Of a stretch of 64,000 bases of DNA, positions 12,083 to 24,472 are shown piece by piece. Location: NCBI GenBank assembly GCA_043228905.1, contig JBHGNT010000158.1:1-64000 (forward strand). The letters are read 5' to 3'. Position numbers and translations under genes: made by a program. This DNA is from Azolla caroliniana. Taxonomy: Eukaryota; Plantae; Polypodiophyta. Position 1 is the first letter of the stretch; the number at the start of each line of letters is the position of its first letter. The notes below the pieces were generated by a model. It was given only the letters and a program-made list of their open reading frames with translations, had not been told where the DNA came from and made no database searches.

Positions 12083-14386
12083 CTAGCTAGCACAAGCAAC
12101 TTTTGCAGCTCTAGAGCTCAAATCATCCCTTCGACCGCGGTTATTGTATGGTGTGCGAACTCCCAATCGAGGCACTGACTGGTAGTGTCCGAGCAGGGAC
12201 CTAAGCAATCTCAATGTGGTAACAGCATCTTCATTTTTATCTTCTAATTTATTAGATGTTCTATGAGAAGATTGTAAAGGAGTTTCTAAAGAAACCCTCC
12301 CACCCTTTAAAACAAGCTTCTCATCATTAACAGTATCAAGATTGCTCATGTTTGATAATTCAGTGGAATCTTCTGCAATACCTCTCTCTATGCTTGTAGT
12401 ACACCCTGACAATGAAGGGATACTTTCTGGACTCTTTTTTTTGCAATCTTTAGTCATCATCTCCGCTTTCTTTACAGCTTGACGAGGCATAACCTCAAAC
12501 ACAAACCTTCCGCCATTCCAAACTGTTGCTGAGATCTTGAATATCTCAAATCCAAGGTGGAGTCTATAGAACTTAAACAAGGGTACAGTGAAAGCCAAAG
12601 TTGCAATAGTGAACACTGCCTGGATGATACAATACATATACACTCGGTTCTCAGCACCAAGAAGACCACTTAGATACCACCATATATTATTGGCCCTTTC
12701 TGCCTTGCGCTTCAATTCCCTGTGCATACACATATAAAATAGCTTCTCAGTTTACCAGGAAAACCAATCCCAGAAAATTACATCTAATTCTCATATTTTC
12801 ATTAAGGGCATTGAGGTAAATCCAAGTACACAAGGTATAGAAACCTGTAGGAGGTCATTATCTCGGGGTCCTGTAGAATGCGTTGTCTCTTTATAACTTC
12901 CACAACAGCAAAATATAGAGCTTGCCAGATGCAATAAACCATCATTGGAATACAAAAGAGCCACAACCACAAGGTAGGGATGCTGTTTACCACAGGCCAT
13001 ACAGGTAAAGCTCCTATCTCTTCTGTTGAATTGAATGTGTTTGTGTCCCACCATCGGAGAATGAAGAATACAATTCCTGGCACATCAGAAAATTAAGTTA
13101 ACCATCCAGTAATGCCAGGTTAAGGTAAGCTAAAATTTGCCAATGATTAAGGGGAACGTAGAGTCTACCAGGTAGAAGATGAATGAGGACACTGATAGTT
13201 TTATCAATGGAGTTGAATACTAGACTACACCGCCAAACGATCAATGCCCATGCAAGCGGTCCCTACCAAAAGATTTCAGAAAACTTAAGAGGAGCCAATC
13301 GAGAACACATCACCATAGATATCATGTGATGCAATGGGATCTAATGTGATGTGAAAATGTGTAATTTGGATGCATATATACCTCAGAGAAGGAGAAACAT
13401 AGCATAAACAACCTCTTGTCCCTTGGGAAGAAAAGAAGCATGGTTACAAAGATGGCATTCGCATAATAGCAAAAGTCCTGAGGAGGATCAGAGCATTAAG
13501 ATTATGTTAAAAAATAGTGCAAGTTTCAAAAAGAAGGGAGAACATATTCATGAGGAAACCAAACAGATTACCAACAAGTAATAGTGCCATTTCTTGATAC
13601 GGTAATAGATCCACCGGAGAGGTACAACAAAGATGAAGAATAGGCAATAGAGCCGAGGAATGTCTTGAGGAACTGCAATAGGTTTATATGATTCTTTCAG
13701 TTAGTGGATAGACTCAGCAGATTGCAAGTGGTGAACTGGAAAATTATGTGGGTATTCTACTTACTGGATCCAAGAAGGTAGCAAAAGAGGCCAAAAAACA
13801 GAACACCAAGGCAGTAAGTAACCTATGACATGAGAAGACATTGCCAATCTAATCAATCATCTGCTTCTCATTGTTAAATGCAACTTGCTTGAAGCCGGTG
13901 GGTATAATGATGATGATTTTTCGCCATATTACATTGGAATCCAATCATGAAGCCGATTCCAGAGTTCTAGCATTCGTGACTGTGAAAACAAATATAAAAA
14001 AAATGAGGATGAGGACAGTGGGCCTACCTTGTTCAGAAGAACTTCGTATTTGTCCACATGTTTTACGATCTTCTCCACTTGCTCTGTGATAGCTGCGTGG
14101 GTTTTCATGGCGTGAATCTGGGGGGGGTTTCTCATGGAGAAAAAAGAAAAAAGAAGAAGATCTTTAAGACCAACAATAAAAAACAAAATGAAGAAGGAAG
14201 GAAGGAAGCTTTAGATCTGTAGACTCAAACAGATTGACGACTCGCAGTAAAGGAAGAGAAGGGCAGGAGATACAGAAGAAAGGAGATAGGATGTATGCTT
14301 ACCAGAGGTTTGGGGGAAGGAAGAGCGGAATGGCGTGGAGTGAGGAGAGGGGAGGGATTGTCCTTCTTCTTCTTGTTCACTGCCAT
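12083..14386 (-). CDS. GPC1: Glycerophosphocholine acyltransferase (GPCAT, DUF2838), about 8 exons
   Basis: ATG at 14386 ([13 protein letters not shown]). Spliced peptides [83 protein letters not shown] and [17 protein letters not shown]; TAG at 12083-12085. Confidence 0.92.
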
Positions 14387-14481
14387 GGATGGGAGGGAAG
14401 AACAGGGGAAGGATTGTTTTTGTGATCTGCAGGAGCAGAGGATCTGGGTGAGAGTGAGTGAGAGTGAGTGAGTGAGTGTGC

Positions 14482-14540
<59 letters not shown>

Positions 14541-14580
14541 TAGATAGTATGGAATATTCTTCGGACACACAGTATATGAT

Positions 14581-14616
<36 letters not shown>

Positions 14617-14706
14617 TCTCAGATTGATTTTTATGTGCTTTTTATGCGATTTGCTTCTTCTTTGTCCCCATCGGCTTTTCTTTTCTTTTTTTACATCTTC
14701 TCGCCT

Positions 14707-14975
14707 CCATCCATCCCATTCATTGCTCTTCGATTCGCCCGCCCGCCCATTCCATTCATTACTTCGATTTGTCCATATAATTCATTCGCCCGCCCGTCCA
14801 TCCCATTCAATACTTCAATTTGTCCATATAATTCATTCCCCTGCCCGTCCATCCCATTCATTACTTCGATTTGTCCATATAATCCATTCACCCGCCCGCC
14901 CATCCATCCGATTCAGCGCTTCGATTTGCCTGTTCGTCCATCCGATCCATTGCTTCGATTTGCCCATACATTTGA
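14707..14975. repeat. 51-bp minisatellite (about 3 full plus degenerate copies) upstream of GPC1
   Basis: TTCRATTTGTCCATATAAT at 14763, 14814 and 14865. Confidence 0.9.
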
Positions 14976-16289
14976 TTCATTGCGGGCAAGCAAATGGGCA
15001 TGCGAATGGATGGACCTTTCCCTCCTTCTTTTCCATCGTTACAACTTACTACCATGACCATCGTGCCTATCGTCGCCCTCACTTGTTGTCTCTCATACGT
15101 CCTCGCCCTTAATCGTCCCTCCCCTAGCTTTAGATCGGATCTCGATATCGTGGATCCACATTGCACGCATGATGAGTCTACCTTTACGATCTCATGTGGA
15201 GCCGTGTGAATTATAATTAATATATGGTATGTCACATGTGTGTGCCTCATGTGTGGTGGTAGTTTGAGATCATGTCATGGGTGGGCTTATGACTTGGATT
15301 GGATCATGCTCATGTGGATTTAAGTTGTTCATGATGACTTCATCACGGTATCAAGTGGCGACATATGAAAGAATATAATTGTTGGGTGTGTATGCTTAAT
15401 AACACATCCAAATGTTGATAATCTAAAACCTATTCGAATGGTTCTATTGATGTGTTGCCATATCTATAAAAGTTCTCATCACTATCAACATGTCAACAAA
15501 AGAGTTTGTGACAGTGTCTCGTTTTCAATGTTAATTTTTTTTCCAACCCTTCAATTGAACTTGTAAATCCCCGTTGGTTTGTTGGTGTGGTTTCCTCTCA
15601 AATTAAAACAATGGAAACTAATCCTAAGTAAATCATTTCCCTAGTTGAGTTTTAATCTAAGATGAAATAAAAAGGTTACCATTATTGGAATTCCACAAAT
15701 TCAAGTACATGCAAAAAACATGGCATCGCATTTGACATAAGCAAAGGTAGGCTTGCAATTTGCAACATTGAGGTTTTGGACCAAAAGTCCGAGCAACAAT
15801 TTTGATGTTTGTGGCTATAAAAAATCTTGAACACGAGGTTCTCATAGAATGATTGCCCACAATTGAATACGATAGTATATAACAAAGCTAAAAAGGTATC
15901 ATATTATAGTCTACGCATGTGATACTCCACAAGACTTATCTATAATGTACATTATCATGACGTATCTTAGATTCCATTATAGAAATTCAATTCAATAAAA
16001 CTCATCATTGCTTATCATTACTTGTAGGAGACTAGGTAATTGATTACATAGGATTTCCAATATACATTTTGGGATTAGATTTTTCCATAGTTATAGATTT
16101 ATTACTTCCATTTAAACAAAGTTTGTCAATCAATTATAACATCAATCTAGTCCCTTTTATTTTAAGAGCATCAAGACCAAGCCCAGGGTGACCACACAAC
16201 CTGAAACCTATTGTAGGCATTATTAGAAGGCCGATCGACCAGGTTTTTAGGCCATGAATACCTTGACAATAAGTTGAGTTAATTATTAT

Positions 16290-18650
16290 AGGGTTCATCT
16301 TGAAGGAGATTTTTATGAGAACTTCAAAACTCTGATTACAGATCGTGCCATTCTTGTAAACTTGGACCGTTTGCTTTAATCCTTAATGCCCTTACAAACA
16401 GTTGCTCAAAACTTAGTATGGTAAGGGATGGCTTTGTTATATCCCTAGTATCACTATGAGTGCATCTAGAAGATAAAAGCAGAGATTACCCTGGGTGGTT
16501 TCTTCTCATAAATATATGCTTTGATCTTGGTCCCATACCTGTAAGATATGCTCCACGGTCCAACCAAATAACTATTTTAATCCTCCATGCACTCTTGCAT
16601 CACTTCACTTCACTTCACATGCAAATTAAAGAGCGTGATCTGAGATCACACAGACAATAATTCAGCATCCCATTTTGCATTTGAGTTTTAGAAAGCTTAT
16701 CAGCTTGGGCAGATGCCTCGTGTATACATTTATCAAATATTCAATATCTGTATGACAAATGTATGTATTAGTACACATTTGCATACACTAGCGTCTATTA
16801 GAGAAAATTGGCATCTCACACATGGCTATCCTTGTTCATCCCAAGGTTGGAAAACACCGCCACGATCTTGGTCTGATTGGATTAAATGCAACTTCCAATT
16901 AAGATATGCACATGAATTCTATTACATCACTATTTAATTAAATCAAATATTGTAACTGTCAAGCATTCACTAGTCTACTTAATAGCTCAATAAGATGTTT
17001 TATTTCCCTCTGATTCTTGCCTTCTCCCATAAAGCTACTTGCATCCTTCAATTTATCCTGAATCATCAGACATTATCAAAGATTTAGGCATTAAACTATT
17101 TCCGAGCCAGAATAAACAACGTGCATAAATTTGGGTATATATTTTCACCAAACTAATTGATAGTCTAGCTCTGTAGCTCTGTAGCTCTGTAGCTCTGTAC
17201 ACATATTTCTCTCTGATTAGAAGTAAACATAAATCGAAAGAGAACAAAAACAATATGTGCTACAAATTGTCATACCCTGCCTGTTGATGAATTATGAATC
17301 AACGGATGAGATTGATATTGGAAGGGAGGGTTCGGTTTAACATTTACAGTTTTCTAAACCCACATCACATAAATAGTAGAACCCATATCTGATTTTCTTC
17401 CCATCCCCTAATTGGTTCAATCTCTTTAAACTCTCAGATTTATTTATATAATTAGCAGAACCACACCTAGATCACAGAATAGCTGAATTCATATTCAATC
17501 TCTTTAAACTCTCCGCTTTCTTCATATAATTAGCAGAACCCAAACCTAGATCACAGAATACCTGAATCCATATTTTATTTTTAACCTTTAATTCCATTTA
17601 ATTTCTTGGATATATTGATATAATCACACAACCCATACGTGATTTTGTCAAATGAAGCTAATTCCATGAACATCCCAGCTCAAGGCTTCTCTATTGATCT
17701 CCCTTGCAAGAGTGTGAGATCAAAATATCTGTTAACAACCTCAAATTATCCATATTCCAGGATTTTCTAGCCATACTGTGTGAAGGGCACACAAGGGGCA
17801 GGTAAATTTGCAACACAAACCCAATATTTTTAATGAATCAGGCAACGATTTGGGAAGGGTCAATGCTGATTCATAGTCTCCACAGTAAGCAGATATTCCC
17901 AAGCAGGACCCTGATAAAAGCAATAATGAAAAACCTCCACTTATACATGTAGAGCTTAATAAAGATACAGATTAAAAGAAGCCCTATAGCTTGGGACCTA
18001 AATGCTCTCATTGAAACACTCAAATGAAGCTATGGAATCTCAAATCAAGTCATCATGCTTTACAAGGTACGCCTCATATCAATATTATGCTTATGTCAAT
18101 ATATATATATATATATATATATATATTCTGCTGTACCAAAACTTTTCAAATATAGGTCTCTTAAAATAATAGACTGCCTCTTAATGTGGAAGCATAATAA
18201 CAGATATAGAAAGATAGTCCCGCATGTGATCATAAAAGAAATAGCATGTAGTAAGTTGCAGCTAAAGTAAACTAGAAGCCACTGAAAAGAATTTGTCCAG
18301 ACCATAGTTGCTTATCATTTGGCCAAAACAAAGTTTCAAATTTTCAAGCACATAGAGACAGAGGATCATAGGTTACTTATGCTGAGATTATGGTTGAGGT
18401 TGAGAGAGTTTAGAGAAGCGTTGTAGGCATTGGGCTACACTCAATAGTCAGTGAGTTGGCTGAAAAAGTGGCGTGATAAGAAATAGTAAATGATTGAGAT
18501 AGTTTATTTGCGAGTTCACATGAGAAGTGATCTACAAGAAATTGGAATCGATAACATGTCCCAGGATGTGTACACATAGAGATTTGAGTTTAGAAGACCA
18601 AAGACCAGCCTAAAACGAAGTTCTTGGTCTAAAAGAAACTATCCCAATGT
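16290..18650 (+). pseudogene. Possible degraded multi-exon gene of unknown family
   Basis: A series of AG...GT(AAG)-bounded blocks with protein-like translations broken by stops (VHLEGDFYENFKTLITDRAIL; DYPGWFLLINICFDLGPIP; YPESSDIIKDLGIKLFPSQ; WDLNALIETLK*SYG). No family recognised. Confidence 0.3.
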
Positions 18651-19003
18651 AAGGTGAAATCCATACCCCAAATTGCTATCGACGTAGATGATCTTGTTAT
18701 CCACATAAATCATCCGTCTACAATCAATGGTCATAATTTAAGACTCGTTTGACCTCTAAGTCAGGATTCAACATCAAATGATCTACTCATGAAATTGTCA
18801 TTTCCTAAAATAACGCCAGCAGTTTCAGCTAACCTTGTTCATTCAACTGCAACAGTTACTTTAGGATTAGCTTTTTGCTCATTTCAACCAATGAGATCAT
18901 GTTGATTATGCCAAGAATGGATCAGCCCTGTTTATTGATGTGGGAATTCGGGAAATTTTCTATCTGGGGATTTGTTAATTTCCATTCATGACCACAGCCT
19001 GCT

Positions 19004-20952
19004 TTAAATCTGGGACCAATCATTAATCTTTTCTAGCAATATGAGATCTATTAAATTCAAGATTGTTGCAGTTCTTCTCTCCATTTTATAATGATGATTC
19101 AACTAGTGAAAAAGAGAGCTACAGTAAAATACTTGAGATCAAATAATTTTACCTCCAGGCTCTTTAATGTTGTTGTTAGTTTAGCCACCTCTTCTGAAAA
19201 ATGCACACTGTCTTCTGTTCTCAAACTTGACTTCCTGGGTGTAAAACATATACAGAAGTACCAAGTTAACAGTGGAGATCTTCTCTTTCAACTGAAATCA
19301 TAGAAGAGTCAGTCATAGCATTGTCACCTTATATTATAGGCAGTATGATTTAGGAGCTGAAGAAATTCTGTTACATCATTCAATGCTCCATTATTTTGCA
19401 ATGCTTCTATCACAGCTTCAGAGTCGTTTAGAAATGCTTCAGTCTGTAGAAAATTTCATATAAGAAAGAATTCCACAGATATTTTTCCTACATAACCCTT
19501 TTGCATTTCAAACAACGTACCCTCTGAAAGAGAGGCTTACAGTTATCAAGAGTTTCCGCAACTTGCTTTGCAGTTTTGAACAAGTCTGTTACATCCATGT
19601 CTTCTGACTTTTTTGCCATTTTGCCACAAAGTCCTATAAGCTCATCCATGCTCACTCCTTGCTTTCCTCTTATACTTCCCTTGTCACAAACAATGAGTCC
19701 TTCGGCAGGACAGTTGGGATGTAATGGTCCAAATGATGGATATGGGACTGGAATTACAGGCATGATGTCAATCATGGTTTCTCCAGCGAGCCCTGATTGA
19801 TTAACCTCAACTACTGCATTCCGAGGGATATAAACACTTGAATCTAAAACCTATAAAATTAGCAGGACAAGTAGATGGTTTTTGCATAGTGAATTTGAGG
19901 AAATTAAATAAATACAATCCACGAGCAAAAAAAAGCGTTTTGAGTTTACAAACTCCGAAAAAGAAAGCAAAGAGAAACCGTCGAATATTGCATAGGAAGA
20001 CAAACGCACTGGACAGATGATGGAAAATCAAGGACTTTCACTTTCCAGTCTCCACAATGATTCAGGAGGAACCGGAACATGAAATTCCTTTGGCCAATAG
20101 AATGTGATTTCAGTTGTGAATCCACAGGGCAAACACTAAATGGAGGAAATGTATCAAAAACATCAAATGAAATGCATTTTGTAGCAGCACATATAAATGG
20201 GAGCAGAGAATCAAAATCGCATGAGAAATGGGAGCAGATATAATATCTTCCGAATTTAAAAGAAAGTTCATCAAAGGAACTTGACACTTGGAGGCTAAAA
20301 TCCTTGCGTGAGCACAAGGCAAAGTCAAAGTGGACATGAAGGGAAAATCGAATTTTTGGAATTTCTACGTGCTAAACCTACAAAAAAGGAACAGAAATAC
20401 TTCTTTTGAAGACGTTGTAGTAAAAAAAAAAACAAAAAAAAAAAATGCAGGGAGAAACACCTGTATGTGAGTGTCAATGCGTTCAAGGCAAGGCCTGACA
20501 TGGACAACGCTTCCAACGTCAACACCACGAAGTTTGACGGGAGTCCCTGTGGTGATACCTGATGCGAGCGGGAACTCGACGATGAACTCGTACCGTGGGG
20601 GTCGCGAGGTGAGCTCAGAAGCTTTCTTCCACACGAATCTGAACCCCACGGCTAAGGAGGCCACTGCGAGAGTAATGCCGATGCTTCCTCCCACCACCTC
20701 TTCCTTGCGGATGCCATAACTGGACAAAGATTTCAGGAGCTGCGTGGTGGGAGGAATTTGCAGGGAAGCCCATGGCCGCCTTTCCTCGCCCTTCTCCGAC
20801 TTGGATTTCCTGCTCTCGGGTGTATCTTGGCACGCTTCTATGCGTCTATAACAAGGTCTAGGGTTAGGGTTAGAGTTAGGGTTAGGGTTAGGGTTAGGGT
20901 TAGGCGATCTGTTCTGGAGATGGAAGGTGTTGCTGTGCAGGCAGATCAGCAT
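19004..20952 (-). CDS. TGD2-like plastid lipid-transfer protein (MCE/MlaD domain), divergent, about 5 exons
   Basis: Transit-peptide-like N-terminus and a TM helix, then YEFIVEFPLASGITTGTPVKLRGVDVGSV, IPRNAVVEVNQSGLAGETMIDIMP and GPLHPNCPAEGLIVCDKGSIRGKQGVSMDELIG, all resembling TGD2. The 3' exons (about 19445-19330, 19234-19153, 19102-19004) are less certain. Confidence 0.85.
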
Positions 20953-21109
20953 TATTCCTTCTTTTTCTTTGGAAGCTGCATTTGGGCTGCTCCTTCCATG
21001 AAGGAGTGAGTGAGTAAATGAATGAATGAATGAATGGGTGTGTCGCTCGGATCAATTGCCCGGACGGATCGGCTGACCGGCCATCGCGGATTTTTTGTCT
21101 GCCCGATCG

Positions 21110-21500
21110 TGATCGGCCGAGGCCCTACCGTATCCATCCATTGGCAACCACACACTTTCTGTCAGCCACATTGACCAACACTTTGAGGATTACGTGGGCC
21201 CTTATCGTGTCTCGATCTGAGAATCGGTAGATGAAAATGTTCGATCAAGGCTCTGTCATGTCCGTCCATCAGCAACCACATACTTTTTCGTCCGCCTGAT
21301 TGATCAACGACTTGTGGATTACGTGGGTTCTTACCACATCTCAATATGAGAATCGTAGATGAAAAGTTCATCTGAGGCCTTGTCGTGTATCTCCATCAGC
21401 AACCACATACTTGTCCGTCTACCATATTGAGCGACACCCTGCAAATTACATGGGTTCGTACCACATCTCAATCTGAGAATTGTAGATGAAAAAGTTTGCA
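21110..21500. repeat. About 128-bp diverged tandem repeat, 3 copies, upstream of the TGD2-like gene
   Basis: GCAACCACAYACTT...GAGAATCGTAGATGAAAA recurs from about 21144, 21272 and 21399. Confidence 0.85.
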
Positions 21501-22929
21501 CATCATATCCAATGAAGAAAATAAAATGCCATTGAGTGTTTTGACGACACTATGCAGTCGCGCATGAACATATGTTCTTCCGGTAGTTGGTAAGCATCGC
21601 ACGACTGCCCCTTCGAACTCATCTAGTATGCTAGAACTTCGAAACGTGAAAATAAAGATTTTGGGTTTTTAGTTTATAGTGATTGCGAGCTTATTTGTGA
21701 TTATGCTAGAAGTCTTGATTCTATGATTTGTCACTTGAAGAACAAGGGCCACTCTTCCTTGGATGGCAATTTGCATTGACTATAGTTTGAGACTCTCAAA
21801 GACATACTGTTTGTAGATTGTAGTGGAACTCATTGAATCATTTATATTCCACTATGTTGTTTGTGTTGTAAATGGATTTTAGTGATCTTGTAGCAAGGGT
21901 TTTATGAATTCAATACGAGAGTTTAATTGCATTCCATATGAATGGCTAGTTTTTAGTTTACTATCATATACACTGTCAAGTGATGGTGTCATGTTTGAAG
22001 ATCATGAAAGTACTAGGAAGGGTGGTAATGGGGATGCATTGAAATCCTTCATTTCATTAGTAATATGTTACATTCTTGAACGGGCCAATATAAAGTACTC
22101 ATAGATGCCCTTAGCAATGTATTGAAACCCCCCCCTCTTTCATTTGTTAGAGAATGGTATGTACACGGATGTAATACATGTAATATTTTAGGAAATGAGT
22201 GGACATACAATGTATATAATTGTAGCTGGTTGCTACATTGTGCAACTTAGAGAATGAATAAGTGGCTAAAGTTGGAATGTTATGTGGCAATCATGCAACG
22301 AACATAATACATGCACATTGACTTATAGTTTGGTATGACTTTCAACTCGCTCTATCTATCTATTCGGCACATGTTACCGCTCCCATCTATTGCCTCTACC
22401 GATCTCTTTCATACATAGCTTGACGTTGTCTCCAATTCTATGTGTTCTATTCAATCAATAACAATCTATCAATCTTTGTTTTCCAACAACATTTACTTGC
22501 ATAATAAAGGAGTTTTTTGGATGAGTTATCAATGTCACTTGAGCATTGTATCCGCATACATGTTAGGTTGTACAATGATTATGAGGTTCCACTCTCATTA
22601 AAAGTAGCAAGAGTAACGTGTCACACTTTATTCTTCCTTTATAGTGGGCACATTGATATATTGGAAGAATTTTACCAATGAAAAATGTCACCACCGTACA
22701 ACAACATCACATGTGACCCGGGGGCTCAAACCAATAACCACCTTAGTCCATTACAGTTTCATGTAATGTCTACACTTTAGCCATTAATATCACACTAGCT
22801 ATTGTTGTATCACCTCCATTAGTGTCACACCAGCAACAACCGTTATAACGTTTGCAAAATAATTATCGCAACATTTTATCTTTATGATTGAGCAATGAGC
22901 ATGCATATAACTAGGAGGTATTATAAATA

Positions 22930-23660
22930 GGGAAGTTCTAATATTGTCAAATCATTTCGAATCAAAGATCGGTTTTGGCTAAGGCATTTGATAATGATCT
23001 TATAAATCTCATTGTTCTTGTGCATACCATTCTAAAAGGAGTGCTCACCATTGTTAGAATATTTCGATGGTTTTGATGAGGGATTTCAAATTTGAAGATG
23101 TTGTTATTGTGTGGAATGATCAATAAGATGTGAAAGATTATGACAAAGAAAATTGTTTTGTTGCATTGATTTATGGGACAATATTTTGCCTCTTGCATGT
23201 GATTCCTTGGGATGAAGAAGCATTAACTGATTATTTATGATATAGGATTCATGGTGAAGTGAAAATTTTGCTTCTAATCTTTCACGAATTCCCAAATGTT
23301 GAGATGTCAAGCTCAAACTTATATATTGAAAGCACTCATTAAGGGCTTATCCATTGACTTAACAAAAGTGCAATGGTTTTGTATTATCATCACACTCACT
23401 CTTATATATCAATAAATTGACCCTAATTTGAATGTGTACTTACACATATGTTTTGGCTTTGAATGAGACATTGTCGGTGTAGACCCTTTGAGTGAGCAAC
23501 AAATGAGTACATATTGGATAAAGCCCCACCCATACAATACAACCATTGTCTACAATGCTTCTCATGTATTGGCTTTGAATCTGACATTGTTGGAGATGCA
23601 GAAAGGTTCATAGTAAGAAGGCTAAGAAGTGAAAACTCCAACAATGAAAGTGCGTCATGC
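22930..23660 (-). mobile_element. Highly degraded Ty1/Copia-like RT/RNaseH remnant
   Basis: Broken peptides SCKRQNIV and LSNALAKT resemble Copia RNaseH KQ..VA and AIALAKNP motifs; many stops. Confidence 0.35.
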
Positions 23661-23896
23661 ACACTTCATGCAAAGAGGGGGAGGGGGGGGGGGTAATCAA
23701 ATCACAAGGTTCACAACTATTTACAAAGAAAGTAGGACCTACTATACACGACACCCATTATACATTGTCTTTGTCTAGGCAAACATGTGGGAAGATTCTC
23801 ATTGAGTGATTGAACACGGGGCGTGCTCATGGAAAGTCAGACGTACAAAGCATGTGTTAAGGTGGCCCGTTAACTGAGCGATAGACATGACATGCA

Positions 23897-24087
23897 TGCA
23901 TACATACATACATACATACATACATACATACATACATACGCAATGATCTCTAGCAATGCGAAAGAGAGCTCAGGCATATGGTGAGCAAAAACCACCGAAA
24001 TGATACATACATACATACATACGCAATGATCTCTAGCAATGCGAAAGAGAGCTCAGGCATATGGTGAGCAAAAACCACCGAAATGAT
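23897..24087. repeat. (CATA)n microsatellite plus an approximately 68-bp exact duplication upstream of H2A
   Basis: ACGCAATGATCTCTAGCAATGCGAAAGAGAGCTCAGGCATATGGTGAGCAAAAACCACCGAAATGAT occurs twice, each copy preceded by CATA repeats. Confidence 0.92.
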
Positions 24088-24222
24088 CATGCGGACGTCC
24101 ACGAGATTTCGAGACAGATATGTTTAGGCAGAGAGGCAAGGGTGTTTTTTTGGGGGGCTAATAATCTCTATTTGTGGTGGGGGAAACGAGAATAATAAAG
24201 CTCACAAGTAGGGAAGTAGCGG

Positions 24223-24240
24223 CCACGTCATCGATCCGGA
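24223..24240 (+). promoter_or_regulatory. Plant histone-gene type I element (hexamer ACGTCA plus a degenerate reverse octamer), followed by a TATA box at about 24338 and telo-boxes at about 24378 and 24396
   Basis: CCACGTCATCGATCCGGA versus consensus CCACGTCANCGATCCGCG, 250 bp upstream of the H2A ATG. Confidence 0.8.
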
Positions 24241-24472
24241 GATAAACGATTGTGGGCCGTCGGATGGCGAACTCGGAAACCAAAGGTGTAGATGTAGCGG
24301 GACTGGTAGGACCGTCTCCTCCCCCGGATGCATCTCTCTATATATATACGCACAGAGAGACAGGCAGACAGAGAAGGAAACCCTAACCCTAGACAAACCC
24401 TAGACGCAGACGCAGACATATCACAGAAGAGGATTTGGAATCGCGCAGAACCGCAAGAGCGATTTTGATCCG

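Noticed and set aside
14487-14613. (GA)n and (CT)n tracts forming an apparent hairpin (miRNA-like)
   Set aside because: Complementarity comes only from simple microsatellites, which are common at promoters in this window.
14549-15250. ORFs of 120-187 aa with repeated peptides (possible RiPP precursor)
   Set aside because: They are products of the 51-bp minisatellite, open in several frames on both strands, with no credible precursor architecture.
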